Below, one piece after another: positions 9,307-19,669 of a DNA stretch of 64,000 nt. This stretch comes from a candidate division WOR-3 bacterium (GTDB lineage: Bacteria; Hydrothermota; Tepidihabitantia; B3-TA06). The notes beneath the pieces are model-generated. The model saw only the letters and a program-made list of their open reading frames with translations, ran no database searches and was not told the origin of the DNA. Within the stretch, counting starts at the first letter, position 1; the number at the start of each line of letters is the position of its first letter. Both the position numbers and the translations under genes were made by a program. The stretch is taken from NCBI GenBank assembly GCA_965649265.1, contig CBFGKC010000008.1, positions 1 to 64,000 on the forward strand, given 5' to 3'.

Positions 9307-10719
9307 ATGAAGGGAAAGAGGATAGGAGACGAAGAGAGGCAAGGAAGTCATTTCACTTTCCTCCTCGTAATGATAGGTGTGGCGTTAACCATACATCTGG
9401 CGTTTATGATTCCAGTGTTCAGGGGGGAGTCAAAGCTTTTTATGTGGGCCGATTCTTTCTGTTTTGAAAGACTAGCTGTCAACCTTCTCGATGGAAATGG
9501 GTTTTCATCATCAGAAACGCAGCCTTACAATCCAAATTCAACCATCACACCCGGATACCCCTTTTTTATCGCCGGGGTGTATTCCATCTTCGGACGCAAT
9601 CCTTACGTAGTGGTCGCCATCCAGATAGTATTGAGTATAGGAGTCGCCCTCCTAGTAATTCGCCGGGGTATAAAGGAGAACTCTTTAAAAGTGGGGTTCC
9701 TTGCCAGCATCCTTCTACTTTTAGATATTTGCCTCGCGTTCTACTGCACGCAGATAATGTCTGATGTGCTGTTCGTGTCGTTGGTTGTCCCCGGTTTTTG
9801 GCTGACATTGAAACTTTTTAAAACAGGTTCGTGGAAGGCAGGGATAGGGGCCGGGGCGTGTTTCGGTCTGGCAGCGCTTGTACGTCCCATTGGGCTTTAC
9901 TTACCCTTGGCAATTAGCCTGCTTTTTTTCTTAAAACAACCGGAAGGAAGTCCCAAGCGCCGGATAGTTGGCTATGCTTTGCTCCTGCTCATTCATGTCG
10001 TAATCGTCTCACCGTGGGTTGTTCGAAACAGGACCGTTTTCGGACATTTTTTTTTCTCCACGATTCAATCTTTTAACTTGTCCCATATACATGCAGCACC
10101 TCTAAAGGCATCAATCGAAGATAAGTCTGCCTTCGATGCAGAGCGCGAACTTGAGGTTGCGGCATTTAATAAATACGGGCAGCCTGAAAACGAAGCAGAA
10201 AGGTTTATCTTCGCGGGCCGTGAGGCGGCCTCGTACGTTTTTGCTCACCCCTTGCCTTATTTGAAATTATATTTGACGGGGGTTGCAAGAACAATTTTGC
10301 CAATGGGTCCCGGAGAATTCCGGTTGTTTTATACGTCCTCAAATGAAGGATTTCGAAATCTGACTCCCTTGATCTACGATGCTTTTCTGAATTGGAGATT
10401 CGGCAAGGCCTTAAGTCTGCTTTGGAGCGAGCGGTTTTCACCAGCCAAAGGAGTCTTTTGGTTATACCTCTTGTCTTTCTTATTCAAAATATCGTTGATA
10501 GTAGTATCAATCGTTTGTTTCTTTAGAACAGGCGGATTCAGATCGGTCTTTAATCTCCTTTTTTTAGTAAGCACTATCTACTTTCTCGGTGTCACCGGTC
10601 CTGCAGGGCAATCCAGGCATTTTCTTCCTTTAATGCCGCTTGTCGCGTTGTTGACGGCCCGTCTGATCTTTCTTGAGAAATCAAACAATAAAAAGAAGGT
10701 ATCTCTCAATGAAGAATAA
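9307..10719 (+). CDS. GT-C fold membrane glycosyltransferase (ArnT/PMT_2-like)
   Basis: Multi-TM; TPGYPFF, LAALVRP, PWVVRN motifs. Confidence 0.75.
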   Translation: MKGKRIGDEERQGSHFTFLLVMIGVALTIHLAFMIPVFRGESKLFMWADSFCFERLAVNLLDGNGFSSSETQPYNPNSTITPGYPFFIAGVYSIFGRNPYVVVAIQIVLSIGVALLVIRRGIKENSLKVGFLASILLLLDICLAFYCTQIMSDVLFVSLVVPGFWLTLKLFKTGSWKAGIGAGACFGLAALVRPIGLYLPLAISLLFFLKQPEGSPKRRIVGYALLLLIHVVIVSPWVVRNRTVFGHFFFSTIQSFNLSHIHAAPLKASIEDKSAFDAERELEVAAFNKYGQPENEAERFIFAGREAASYVFAHPLPYLKLYLTGVARTILPMGPGEFRLFYTSSNEGFRNLTPLIYDAFLNWRFGKALSLLWSERFSPAKGVFWLYLLSFLFKISLIVVSIVCFFRTGGFRSVFNLLFLVSTIYFLGVTGPAGQSRHFLPLMPLVALLTARLIFLEKSNNKKKVSLNEE

Positions 10720-12106
10720 GCTTTTTTCTGACAAGACCCTTATAATCCTGGTGGGATGTTTTATTCTTACCAGACTGTTTTTTTCAATCCCAGTTTTTCT
10801 TGACGAGTCTAGAACGTTTGCATGTACGGACGGCATTGCCTATGATCAGATAGCCCTAAATATCCTTGAAGGTCATGGATTCAGCAAAAACCCAAGCGAG
10901 CCCTACGAGAAGGATTCGACCATAACACCCGGGTATCCTTTCTTTCTGGCCTTCATTTACGCTCTGTTCGGTCATTCAAAAACAGTTGTCGTCCTTATCC
11001 AGATTATTCTCGGCTCACTTGTTCTTATCGCGCTTTACCGTTTCGTCTATAAAAGATTCGGCCAAAAGCACTCATTCTGGGTATCTCTTTTGTTAATACT
11101 GGACTTAAACTCAGCTCTTTTTACTACACAGCTCACAACTGAATCACTGTTCACGCTTGTAATCCTGATAACCCTGCTTCTCATTCTTGAGATTTTTGAA
11201 GATGGCCGTCTGGGTAAAACGTTTCTGGCCGGTATTTTTTTAGGGATAGCGACTATAATTCGTCCCATAGCCATCTACTTTGCGTTTCCGATTCTAATCT
11301 ACGTGCTTTTTACGAAAATTAGCTGGAAAAAACTCGGACAGTGGGCAATCATCCTCGGATTACAGCTTTTGTTAATCTCCCCCTGGGTCATACGCAACAA
11401 GATCGTTTTCGGTGAGTTATTCTATACTACTATTTCCGATGTTAACATGCTGCGCTACCAGGCGGCTCCTATGAAGGCCGCATTCGAGCACAAAAGCCGG
11501 GACGTGGCTCAGGAGGAGCTTGAGCGTAATGCCCTTAAAGGCAAGACATGGTCAAACGAGGCCCAGTATTTTCGCATACTGGGAAGAGAGGCCAAATCCT
11601 ACATCGCCAAACACCCTTTTGCATACATTGGTTCACTTGTCATGGGCGGCGCCGCCACGCTTGTTTACCCTCTTCCCTTGAGAGAGACCGGCGTATACTT
11701 CAGGGGTGAAGCGAATCTGCCCAGGCTCAATGTAGCTCAAAGCGTGATACTTGAGGCCTTGAAGGGAAAACTCCTGCCCGCTCTGAAAATCGCCTGGCAG
11801 GAGAGGCTCAGATACTTCGGTCTTCCGGTGTTCATCCTGTTTATCGCGTATACAATCTTCCATATCGTCAAGCTTGCATTCGGACTTAAAGCATATATTA
11901 TTCGGGGAATGCGCGATAAAGCTATGCTTCTATTCCTCATCACAGGTCTATATTTCCTTGGACTTGTGGGATTCGGCATCACGCCGAGGATGAGGGTGCC
12001 TTTGGAACCTCTTCTCGTGGCTCTTGCAGGTATCGGGATAGTGTCCAAAAAAGCAAGGGACGAAATAGTTTCTAAAAAACAAAAGAGTGTTGATGCCGGC
12101 GAGTAA
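10709..12106 (+). CDS. GT-C fold membrane glycosyltransferase, paralog of upstream gene
   Basis: STITPGYPFF, TESLF, IATIIRP, PWVIRN, RMRVP shared with neighbour; start ATG 10709. Confidence 0.75.
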   Translation: MKNKLFSDKTLIILVGCFILTRLFFSIPVFLDESRTFACTDGIAYDQIALNILEGHGFSKNPSEPYEKDSTITPGYPFFLAFIYALFGHSKTVVVLIQIILGSLVLIALYRFVYKRFGQKHSFWVSLLLILDLNSALFTTQLTTESLFTLVILITLLLILEIFEDGRLGKTFLAGIFLGIATIIRPIAIYFAFPILIYVLFTKISWKKLGQWAIILGLQLLLISPWVIRNKIVFGELFYTTISDVNMLRYQAAPMKAAFEHKSRDVAQEELERNALKGKTWSNEAQYFRILGREAKSYIAKHPFAYIGSLVMGGAATLVYPLPLRETGVYFRGEANLPRLNVAQSVILEALKGKLLPALKIAWQERLRYFGLPVFILFIAYTIFHIVKLAFGLKAYIIRGMRDKAMLLFLITGLYFLGLVGFGITPRMRVPLEPLLVALAGIGIVSKKARDEIVSKKQKSVDAGE

Positions 12107-13577
12107 GACCTCTATACTTGTCCTGGGCGCAGGAACGGCAGGGCTTGGGGCCTCCTGTCTCGCGGCCAGGGCCGGGATCAAAACCGAAGTCGTAGAGAAA
12201 CTCTCCATTCCAGGCGGACTTGCCCTTACCCGCCGAACCCCTGACGGCTACTACTACGATTTGGGAGGCCATCGCTACTACAGTCCTTCCCTTTATCTTG
12301 TACCCTTTCTAAAGAAGCTGCTCGGCGACGAGTTGATAATGACACCGCGCAAGAGCCGTTTTTATCTCGATGGTAAGTTTTTCGATTATCCTGTCAAGTT
12401 CACCGACGTCGTCCGCAAGCTGCCCCTTGCACACTCGGCAAAGATGCTGACCGATTACCTTGTCGAGAAGGTTCGCAGCAAGAGGCTGCGCAGTGAGGAC
12501 TCATACGAGGAATGGATGCTGCACCGTTTCGGAAGGGCGCTTTATGAGTTCAATTTTGCCAACTACACGCGCAAGGTCTGGGGCGTTGATCCTAAAACTA
12601 TCTCTGCTGACTGGGCATCATTGAGAATCAAGGGGCTTTCCCTCGGAAAGATACTCAAGGAATTCTTCGTCCGTAAGAGCGACCTGGCAACCCTGGTCGA
12701 TAGATTCCTCTATCCAAGGCACGGAATAGGACAGATATCCCATTATCTCCGGCGGGAGATAGAGCAGAGAGGCGGCAAGGTTCACCTTGGGGAGGAGGTC
12801 GTGCGAGTTCATCACGATGGAAGAAGGATCACGAAAGTCGTGAGCAGGAATACAAGGGGCGTGGAAAGGATTTTGTCTCCCGAATGGGTGGCCTCATCAA
12901 TCGACCTAGATCTATTTGTCAAGGCACTTGATCCCCCTCCCCCCCCAGGCATCATGTCGGCGGTCAACAAACTATCCTACCGGGATCTTGTCATCCTTTT
13001 CATCCGTATCAACGCGCCAAATGTCACAGATGACTCATGGATATACTTTCCGGACGAGCGGGTACCCTTCGGGCGCTGGCACGAGCCAAAAAACTGGAGC
13101 ACCGAGATGGTCCCCGATCCGGATCATTCCTCGCTAGTTGTCGAGTTCTTCGCCAATGTCGGCGATGAATACTGGAACGCTTCTAAAGAAGAGCTCCTGA
13201 AACTGACGCTGGCCACCGGTCAAAAGATCGGACTTCTCAAAGGTCCTGAAATAGGTTCGCTAGAGAAGTTTCTTGCCCCGCGCGCGTATCCTTTCTGGGG
13301 ACTCGGCTACCGCGATGATCTTGCGGTAATCTTCGACTATCTTGACCGGTTCAAGAACCTTTCACTTATAGGTCGCAACGGCCGTTTCTATTACTGTACG
13401 ATCGACGAATCGCTCATCTCCGGTTTTGCCGCGGCTGCGAACTTCCTTGAGGGCCGCAACCTCGGACCCCAACCATTGCCGATAGAAATTCCAGATAACG
13501 CACTGTCCTATCTCGGTCTGTCACCCGATGATCTGGTGGTTGACCAAGAAGCCAGCCGCTGGTCAAGGAATGATTAA
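12093..13577 (+). CDS. FAD-dependent oxidoreductase (HemY/Glf-like superfamily)
   Basis: GAGTAGL, GGLA, DLGGHRY, YTRKVWG, YPRHGIG, IGRNGRF. Confidence 0.8.
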   Translation: MPASKTSILVLGAGTAGLGASCLAARAGIKTEVVEKLSIPGGLALTRRTPDGYYYDLGGHRYYSPSLYLVPFLKKLLGDELIMTPRKSRFYLDGKFFDYPVKFTDVVRKLPLAHSAKMLTDYLVEKVRSKRLRSEDSYEEWMLHRFGRALYEFNFANYTRKVWGVDPKTISADWASLRIKGLSLGKILKEFFVRKSDLATLVDRFLYPRHGIGQISHYLRREIEQRGGKVHLGEEVVRVHHDGRRITKVVSRNTRGVERILSPEWVASSIDLDLFVKALDPPPPPGIMSAVNKLSYRDLVILFIRINAPNVTDDSWIYFPDERVPFGRWHEPKNWSTEMVPDPDHSSLVVEFFANVGDEYWNASKEELLKLTLATGQKIGLLKGPEIGSLEKFLAPRAYPFWGLGYRDDLAVIFDYLDRFKNLSLIGRNGRFYYCTIDESLISGFAAAANFLEGRNLGPQPLPIEIPDNALSYLGLSPDDLVVDQEASRWSRND

Positions 13578-13584
13578 ATGACAC

Positions 13585-13620
13585 CCCCAAGAAATCTCGA
13601 AGAGATTTCTTGGGGACCCC
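13585..13620. repeat. 36-nt REP-like hairpin, copy 1
   Basis: CCCCAAGAAATCTC-GAA-GAGATTTCTTGGGG-ACCCC; perfect 14-bp stem. Confidence 0.8.
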
Positions 13621-13784
13621 GCAGAATTAAATCGAAATCGCTCGAGCATTTCCTTAGTTCACTCGGTGGTTGTCATTTTCGATATTGTCACGTTCTCTTG
13701 ATTCGATTCTGCGCTTGACCGGGGTTCTTTTCGCAATAAACTCAATCAAATCATCTAACCGCAATCGATTTCAAGGAGGAGAAG

Positions 13785-14543
13785 ATGCTCGCTTTAATCT
13801 CGATTCTTTTTTCGATAATTGGAACCGAACCGCCTGAAAGATACAAACCGGGCGACCGCGCCGCAATCAATGTCGATATTAACGGTGACCGCGTCGGCGA
13901 AGTACTCGAAATCGCGAGCAGGGAGATGGAGCCCGATATGGAAGCTATCGGTTTGTTCGACTTCCACATCCTTCTAAAGAACCCGCGCGGCAAGGTGCTC
14001 TATGAATCCGACGAAATCGGTGAACTGGGCTGGTTCAGCCTGGAGAAGGACCTTTTCGAGTTCGAAGACGGGACAAAACGTGAGATAGCACTCGTCCGTA
14101 CCGGTTGTTCGGGCACGGGCGTGCACGTTAACGCCATCTTCCTCTTCCAACCGCCCGATACCGATACCGTTGCAGTCATCTACGAAGGCTCGGAGGGCCT
14201 CTACGATCACGATTCGGACGGCTCAGGCGATATGCTCGTTTCCCGATACCGCCATGACAATCTCGGCATATGGGGCGCGACCTCACCCTGGCCGCCGACC
14301 TTTACCATGCCTTCACTCAATGAGGGTTGGCAATCGGTAGATAAAACCTTTGAAGTTCTTCACAGCGACTCCGGATACCGTAATGAATGGATAGAAGAGC
14401 TTGAACAAACATATGAGGCCCTCTCTGATCCGGAACTGTCCGATGTGAACAAGGATCATCTAAAGTATCTAAAAATGCTCATCGATGCCCTTGACGACAA
14501 CGATACCGGCGAGGCCGCACGCATCTACTATACGAGCTTCTGA
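13785..14543 (+). CDS. hypothetical acidic, probably secreted protein
   Basis: AAGGAGGAG RBS; hydrophobic N-terminus; own TTGACC-N16-TAAACT promoter; no recognised family. Confidence 0.7.
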   Translation: MLALISILFSIIGTEPPERYKPGDRAAINVDINGDRVGEVLEIASREMEPDMEAIGLFDFHILLKNPRGKVLYESDEIGELGWFSLEKDLFEFEDGTKREIALVRTGCSGTGVHVNAIFLFQPPDTDTVAVIYEGSEGLYDHDSDGSGDMLVSRYRHDNLGIWGATSPWPPTFTMPSLNEGWQSVDKTFEVLHSDSGYRNEWIEELEQTYEALSDPELSDVNKDHLKYLKMLIDALDDNDTGEAARIYYTSF

Positions 14544-14644
14544 AAGAATTCCACTCTTCGTGTCCGGATAAAAGCACTAAGTTTTAAAGGGGGGGTATTC
14601 ATTCTGGTACCCGTAAAACGACGCAGGAGCCTAACGGGATATTT

Positions 14645-14878
14645 TTAGTGTCCGCAAGTGGAGCAGCTTCCGCTGCCACATGACGAGCATCCTCCTCCCC
14701 CTCCTCCGGTCGCTACCGGTCTCTCTACCGCTCCGGAAAACCCGAAAACGGAGAGCTGCTGATCGAGATTCTTTGAACCGCACTTGGAACAGGAAAGCTC
14801 GGAATAATCCTCGTCGCTCAGTATCAGAAAGTCAAAACAATTACCGCAGTCGCGGCACTGAAATTCTTTTAATGGCAT
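14645..14878 (-). CDS. FmdB family zinc-ribbon protein
   Basis: MPLKEFQCRDCG..F...CSKCGS, Gly-rich C-terminus with CSSCGSGSCSTC. Confidence 0.88.
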   Translation of the reverse strand: MPLKEFQCRDCGNCFDFLILSDEDYSELSCSKCGSKNLDQQLSVFGFSGAVERPVATGGGGGGCSSCGSGSCSTCGH

Positions 14879-14919
14879 AGGCTACATTATAGGATTCAAT
14901 TTTGAGGAGTCAAGGCTTT

Positions 14920-15600
14920 TTATTCTTTGGGAAGCTTGGCCAGAACCTCTATCTTGCCGTGATAATGGGGGCTGCCGTGGGATATGTCCATCTCGTAACT
15001 CTTTTTGAGGGCTATAACTTCAAGCCCCTTCACAACTGCCTGAACTTCTTCCGGGACAAAGTAATGGACGGTCATTTTCCTTTTAGGTACAAAAAAGGTC
15101 CGTTCCTCTATCTCTTCGAACTCCGATTTGCACGTTTCATATCCAGGATCCTCCGAGGAAAAAACACCCATGTACAGGCAGCCTTCGGGAACAAGTCCCC
15201 TGATTGCCATCTTGATGAGCCCCTCCCTTTCACCTCTCCTCAAAAACATGAGGACCCACGCAGCCACGGCAAGAGAGTAACGTTTGGGTAAAATCGTCAA
15301 AGTGGTTAATTCGTTCTTTATCGCTCTTATCGGGAGTGACCGGTCACTTGCGATTTTTTGCAGGTAAGAGACTGACTCGTTGTCCCTGTCGAAGGCATCG
15401 ACCTCGAATCCGTGTTCGGCGAGAAAAAGGGTGTTACGACCCTTGCCCGCTCCCAGGTCAAGTGCAAAACCCCTGGGAATAATAGATAGATATTGCAGGA
15501 GAAACAGATCCGGTATGAGGCTTGCATCTTTAGATTCCGGATCAACGTCTTTTACCGCACCAATCATTTGAGGATCATTTCTTGCCGCTTCTTCAGTCAT
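14920..15600 (-). CDS. class I SAM-dependent methyltransferase (TehB-like)
   Basis: ALDLGAGKGRNTLFLAEHGFEVDAFD. Confidence 0.85.
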   Translation of the reverse strand: MTEEAARNDPQMIGAVKDVDPESKDASLIPDLFLLQYLSIIPRGFALDLGAGKGRNTLFLAEHGFEVDAFDRDNESVSYLQKIASDRSLPIRAIKNELTTLTILPKRYSLAVAAWVLMFLRRGEREGLIKMAIRGLVPEGCLYMGVFSSEDPGYETCKSEFEEIEERTFFVPKRKMTVHYFVPEEVQAVVKGLEVIALKKSYEMDISHGSPHYHGKIEVLAKLPKE

Positions 15601-15865
15601 GTCCTCATCCTATTCGAAAAATCGATGTAGTCAAGACCTTGAGCGAAGAAGGCTATGTTACAGAAAACCTGGGGAATTTGAGGTTTGGAAAGAATAATGG
15701 TTCTAAAATAAAATTCGATATTTTGTAGAGGAGGCATAAAATTAATGACTACTGTCTCCACAAGGTCATAATGTGCGATTAAACTGTTTAGTAACAGCAA
15801 GTAAATACGTATCTTATTTTTACCCTCTTGACAGTAACGTATTTTTTTTTAGAATGCATCTAAAT

Positions 15866-16417
15866 ATGACCAGTATTGAAGCCGCAATCAGAAAATGTCG
15901 TGAACAGGGTATGAGAATTACCCCACAAAGGATTCTCATACTCAGGGAGCTTTTAGGCAACAGAAGCCATCCCACCGTTGAAGATATCTACCGGGCCGTT
16001 TGCAGGGAATACCCTAACATCTCACTTGCTACAGTTTACAACACCCTGAATATGCTTGTTGAGATAGGTGAAATCAGGGATTTTTCCAACTCCAACGGTT
16101 CAAGGCGTTTTGATCCCAATCTTTATCCACACGATCACGCTATCTGCGAGGTCTGTGGAAGGCTTTTTGACGTAGCCCAGGAGGATCCGGATAAGCTGAA
16201 TATTCTCGCGATGGGCAAGAATTTCAACGTCAAACGAAAGCAAACTCTTTACTATGGCAGATGCTGGATTTGTTCAACCATGGTCGGTGTCAACGGAAAA
16301 ACGGTTGCTGCGGAGAAAGTTACCAAGCAAAAGGACATTGTCGAGAGCTATTTGAAAGAAGAGGAAGCTGGAAAGAGCCCCATCCATAAAGAAAAGAAAG
16401 TAGCACAGGCCAGGTAG
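15866..16417 (+). CDS. Fur family transcriptional regulator (PerR-like)
   Basis: RITPQR, HPTVEDIY, SLATVYNTL, HDHAICEVCG, CWIC; C-terminal extension; start ATG 15866 (15854 possible). Confidence 0.9.
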   Translation: MTSIEAAIRKCREQGMRITPQRILILRELLGNRSHPTVEDIYRAVCREYPNISLATVYNTLNMLVEIGEIRDFSNSNGSRRFDPNLYPHDHAICEVCGRLFDVAQEDPDKLNILAMGKNFNVKRKQTLYYGRCWICSTMVGVNGKTVAAEKVTKQKDIVESYLKEEEAGKSPIHKEKKVAQAR

Positions 16418-16477
16418 GCGCTCGCGGGATCTTTTGTGGAGATATTTTTAAGAATCAACTCATTATTGGAGGATTGA

Positions 16478-16597
16478 ATGGCAGAAGAAGGTAAAACCTA
16501 CGTATGTTTGATATGCGGTCAGGAAGTTAAGGTCGTTAAAGCCGGAGCGGGTACGCTTGTTTGCTGCGGCCAGGACATGGAACTTCAAGAAGAATAA
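16478..16597 (+). CDS. desulforedoxin (stand-alone Fe-Cys4 protein), 39 aa; absent from ORF track
   Basis: MAEEGKTYVCLICGQEVKVVKAGAGTLVCCGQDMELQEE*; CxxC...CCG pattern; GGAGG RBS. Confidence 0.9.
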   Translation: MAEEGKTYVCLICGQEVKVVKAGAGTLVCCGQDMELQEE

Positions 16598-16675
16598 AAC
16601 TTGCCCCGCGGCTTTTAGATTGATGGTTGCCCCGATACGGAATAAAACAAGAGAGATTCACCTCTAGGAGGAATA

Positions 16676-17161
16676 ATGGGTATTAAATTTTCTGGATATG
16701 AGATCGGTGAGATGGCGATACAGATAGAACGCAACGGAAAGGCATTCTACGAAGTTCTTGAGAAGAAGTCCAACGAAAACGATATGCGCGCTTTTTTCAA
16801 GTACTTAGCAGACCAGGAGAACGTCCACATGGAGCGTTTCAAGGAGCTTCGCGATACGCTTTCTAAAGAAGGGTACGTTGCACCTTACGATTGGGATGAA
16901 GCCAGGGATTACCTGTCCGCCCTTGTCTCAAAAGAAGTGTTTTCGGACTCCAATATGGGTGCAAAAATAGCCGAGCAGGCAAAGGACGAGCGCGCCGCCT
17001 TTGATGCCGCGATAGGGCTCGAAAAGGATTCGCTTCTCTTCTACCATGAAATGATGCGCTTCGTAAACGCCCAGGACCACCCCTTAATTGAGTCCATTGC
17101 GGATGAAGAGCGCAAGCATATAAAAGTTCTCACCGAGAAGAAGGCGGAACGGGGACTTTAG
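16676..17161 (+). CDS. rubrerythrin/ferritin-like diiron protein
   Basis: AIQIERNGKAFY, LADQENVH, AIGLEKDSLLFY, EERKH. Confidence 0.88.
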   Translation: MGIKFSGYEIGEMAIQIERNGKAFYEVLEKKSNENDMRAFFKYLADQENVHMERFKELRDTLSKEGYVAPYDWDEARDYLSALVSKEVFSDSNMGAKIAEQAKDERAAFDAAIGLEKDSLLFYHEMMRFVNAQDHPLIESIADEERKHIKVLTEKKAERGL

Positions 17162-17195
17162 CGACTCGGTTAGACCCCCAATAAGGTAATTTTTG

Positions 17196-17228
17196 AGGCC
17201 AACCTTGCGAGTTGGCCTTTCCTTTTTT
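17196..17228 (+). terminator. intrinsic terminator
   Basis: AGGCCAAC/GTTGGCCT stem followed by T-rich tract. Confidence 0.7.
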
Positions 17229-17303
17229 CATACTTTTTGAAAATCTATACGCTTTTCTATTAATCGCTCTTGACAGTTTTACGTAATTTCGTATATTTAT
17301 ATC

Positions 17304-18137
17304 ATGCGGGTTAAGTTTTGGGGAACGCGCGGCTCCATTCCCGTGCCCGGACCGGCAACCATAAGATACGGTGGAAATACAACCTGTGTCGAGGTCGAGA
17401 GCCAGGATGGCACCCTCGTAATAATCGACGCTGGAACCGGAATCCGTTCCCTTGGTTCAGACTTGATCAAACGCGGCAGAACCGACCCCTTGCATCTTAT
17501 TCTGACCCATTATCACTGGGATCATATACAGGGTTGGCCTTTTTTTATGCCTGGATTCATTCCAAAAAGAGAGTTCATCGTCTACGGACGTGCGTCCTCG
17601 CCCGGTGAGCTTAAGAACCTGTTTGGCCACCAGATGCATGCGACTTACTTCCCGGTCGAGTTCAAGGATGTTCCGTCGTGTTTCGAATTCATTCCCTTAA
17701 AAGAGAACTCGTTAAAGATAGGCGGCATTCAAATCCAGACGATAGAAAATTGCCACCCAGGAGGGGCGTTCGGCCTCAAGCTCAAGGAGCAACAGCGCTC
17801 CTTTGTGTTCATGACTGATCATGAGGCCGGACTTAAGGAAAAACTCCCGCATACTTACGCCGATTACGTCAAGTTTGCTAAGGGTGCCGATCTCTTAGTC
17901 CACGACGCACAGTTCACCGACGAGGAACTCGTGAAACGTAAGACATGGGGGCACTCATCTTTCGAAGAGGCACTTAAGCTGGGGCACGACTCCGGAGCCA
18001 GGAGACTTGCGTTTACGCATCATGCACCTGAGCGGATCGATTTCGAGATAGACCGAATAGTGGTTCCATTACTCGAGGGCAAGAGTAATTCACTCGATGC
18101 CTTTGCTCTGATGGAAGGGATGGAGTTTACATTTTAA
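17304..18137 (+). CDS. MBL-fold metallo-hydrolase
   Basis: GTRGSIP, YGGNTTC, DAGTG, THYHWDH, HDAQF, WGHS. Confidence 0.9.
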   Translation: MRVKFWGTRGSIPVPGPATIRYGGNTTCVEVESQDGTLVIIDAGTGIRSLGSDLIKRGRTDPLHLILTHYHWDHIQGWPFFMPGFIPKREFIVYGRASSPGELKNLFGHQMHATYFPVEFKDVPSCFEFIPLKENSLKIGGIQIQTIENCHPGGAFGLKLKEQQRSFVFMTDHEAGLKEKLPHTYADYVKFAKGADLLVHDAQFTDEELVKRKTWGHSSFEEALKLGHDSGARRLAFTHHAPERIDFEIDRIVVPLLEGKSNSLDAFALMEGMEFTF

Positions 18138-18264
18138 CCGGAAATAAATTTTGTTTGTTTGAGGAGTTCTTGATCCTCAGCAAATCGGGTTTGATCTTGC
18201 ATCTTTTACAGAATCAACGCAGTCTCAAAAGGTAATCAGAAACGCGGGAGATTGAAATCCAGAT

Positions 18265-18293
18265 AAAAAAGCAGGCCGGTTTTGCACCGGCCT
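18265..18293 (-). terminator. intrinsic terminator of tldD-pmbA
   Basis: AGGCCGGT/ACCGGCCT stem with T6 on the minus strand. Confidence 0.65.
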
Positions 18294-18364
18294 TGAATAA
18301 TCTTGTTTCTTTATTCAAATCGGCGAGAAAGGCATCGAGTAACCCTCAAGTGAATGAGAGATTT

Positions 18365-19669
18365 CTATTTGCCGACCACTTGCATGGAATCTACCAGAAT
18401 GTAGGGGTAGAAACCTGCGTAGCCTTCGTCGCACTCCTTTGAGATGGCGCGGATCTCCTTGAAGTCTTCGTAAATATTGCCTGAGACCATGGTGTTATCG
18501 AGTCGACCCGTGACCTGGCCTTTTTCCACCATGAAACCAACGGCCTGAACGGCAATCTGGCCCTGGTCATAGTTTGAGGAGTGGAATCCGAGCCCTCCCG
18601 AGAGGATGACGCCCTGGTCAAGCGAGGCTATCATCTCGTCAAGTGAGGAATCTCCGAGTTCGAAGGAAAGGCTCGCGGGCCACGGAGTAGGCAGCATGTT
18701 GGTTCCTCCGCCGAAGAGGGCTCGTTTGAAGCCGTTTCCCGTCGAGCGCGCGCCGAGTTTCGAGGCAGTCCTTAAATCGAGAAGGAAGCTTTTCAATACT
18801 CCCTTTTCTATCAGGGCACGTTTTTCGGTAGGGACGCCTTCATCGTCGAATGCCCTCGCACCAGGTCTCGGGGCGTGAGGGTCATCCAGTAAAGTGAGTT
18901 TCTCCGAGAATATTTTCTTTTCGAATTTATCCATAAGGGGGGAGGTCTTCTTGAAGAGTTCCTCGCCCGATATGCCGCTTGAAAGCGAGAGGGTGAACAT
19001 GTAAACCGCCTGCGGGGTCCAGATTACGGGCATGCGGCCGGTCTTGGGCGTTACCTTATTTTCAGTCCACTTGTAGAAGCGGATGAACTTGTCGATTACA
19101 TCATTTGGGCAATCGAAGGGCGCTATTTCGCTCTTCGAGAAGTATATGCTCGAGCCTGCACCCTTTATGGGTGCGAAAATGCCGAAGCTCAGGTTGGTCT
19201 CGTTGTGTTCGGCCGTTGTTCCGGATGAGGTCGCAATGATCAGACGTTCATCGTCTCTGGAAACAGAAACGTTAAGTGATATATCCGGAAGTTTGCTTAA
19301 GACAATCTCCTTGGCTTGTTCACACATATCAATCATCTTTGCAGTGGGATATGCGGCAGTCTCGGGGGAGTGGTTTTCGATCTTGGCGAACTCCCTGGCC
19401 TGGGTGAAGGAGAAGGAAATCTGGTCGCCGTATTTGGCCGATTCTTGAGCCTCGCGCAGAAGACCTTCCGGCTCGTCGAGAGTGGTTGCCGATGCGGTTC
19501 CGAGTTTCGCATCTTTTTTCACGCGCATCATTATACCGGAAATTCGATTCGACGCGATGGTTCTCAGGTCCCCGTTTCCGTAATTGACCGAGGTGTTCGA
19601 ATTCTCCTTGTAATAGATTTCTGAATCGTCGAAAAGCTCGAGCGATGCGTTGATTACCTTTTCTATCAT
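18365..19669 (-). CDS. pmbA: TldD/PmbA family protein (PmbA/TldE-like)
   Basis: FDDEGVP, STGNG, no HExxH; 4-nt overlap with tldD. Confidence 0.8.
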   Translation of the reverse strand: MIEKVINASLELFDDSEIYYKENSNTSVNYGNGDLRTIASNRISGIMMRVKKDAKLGTASATTLDEPEGLLREAQESAKYGDQISFSFTQAREFAKIENHSPETAAYPTAKMIDMCEQAKEIVLSKLPDISLNVSVSRDDERLIIATSSGTTAEHNETNLSFGIFAPIKGAGSSIYFSKSEIAPFDCPNDVIDKFIRFYKWTENKVTPKTGRMPVIWTPQAVYMFTLSLSSGISGEELFKKTSPLMDKFEKKIFSEKLTLLDDPHAPRPGARAFDDEGVPTEKRALIEKGVLKSFLLDLRTASKLGARSTGNGFKRALFGGGTNMLPTPWPASLSFELGDSSLDEMIASLDQGVILSGGLGFHSSNYDQGQIAVQAVGFMVEKGQVTGRLDNTMVSGNIYEDFKEIRAISKECDEGYAGFYPYILVDSMQVVGK

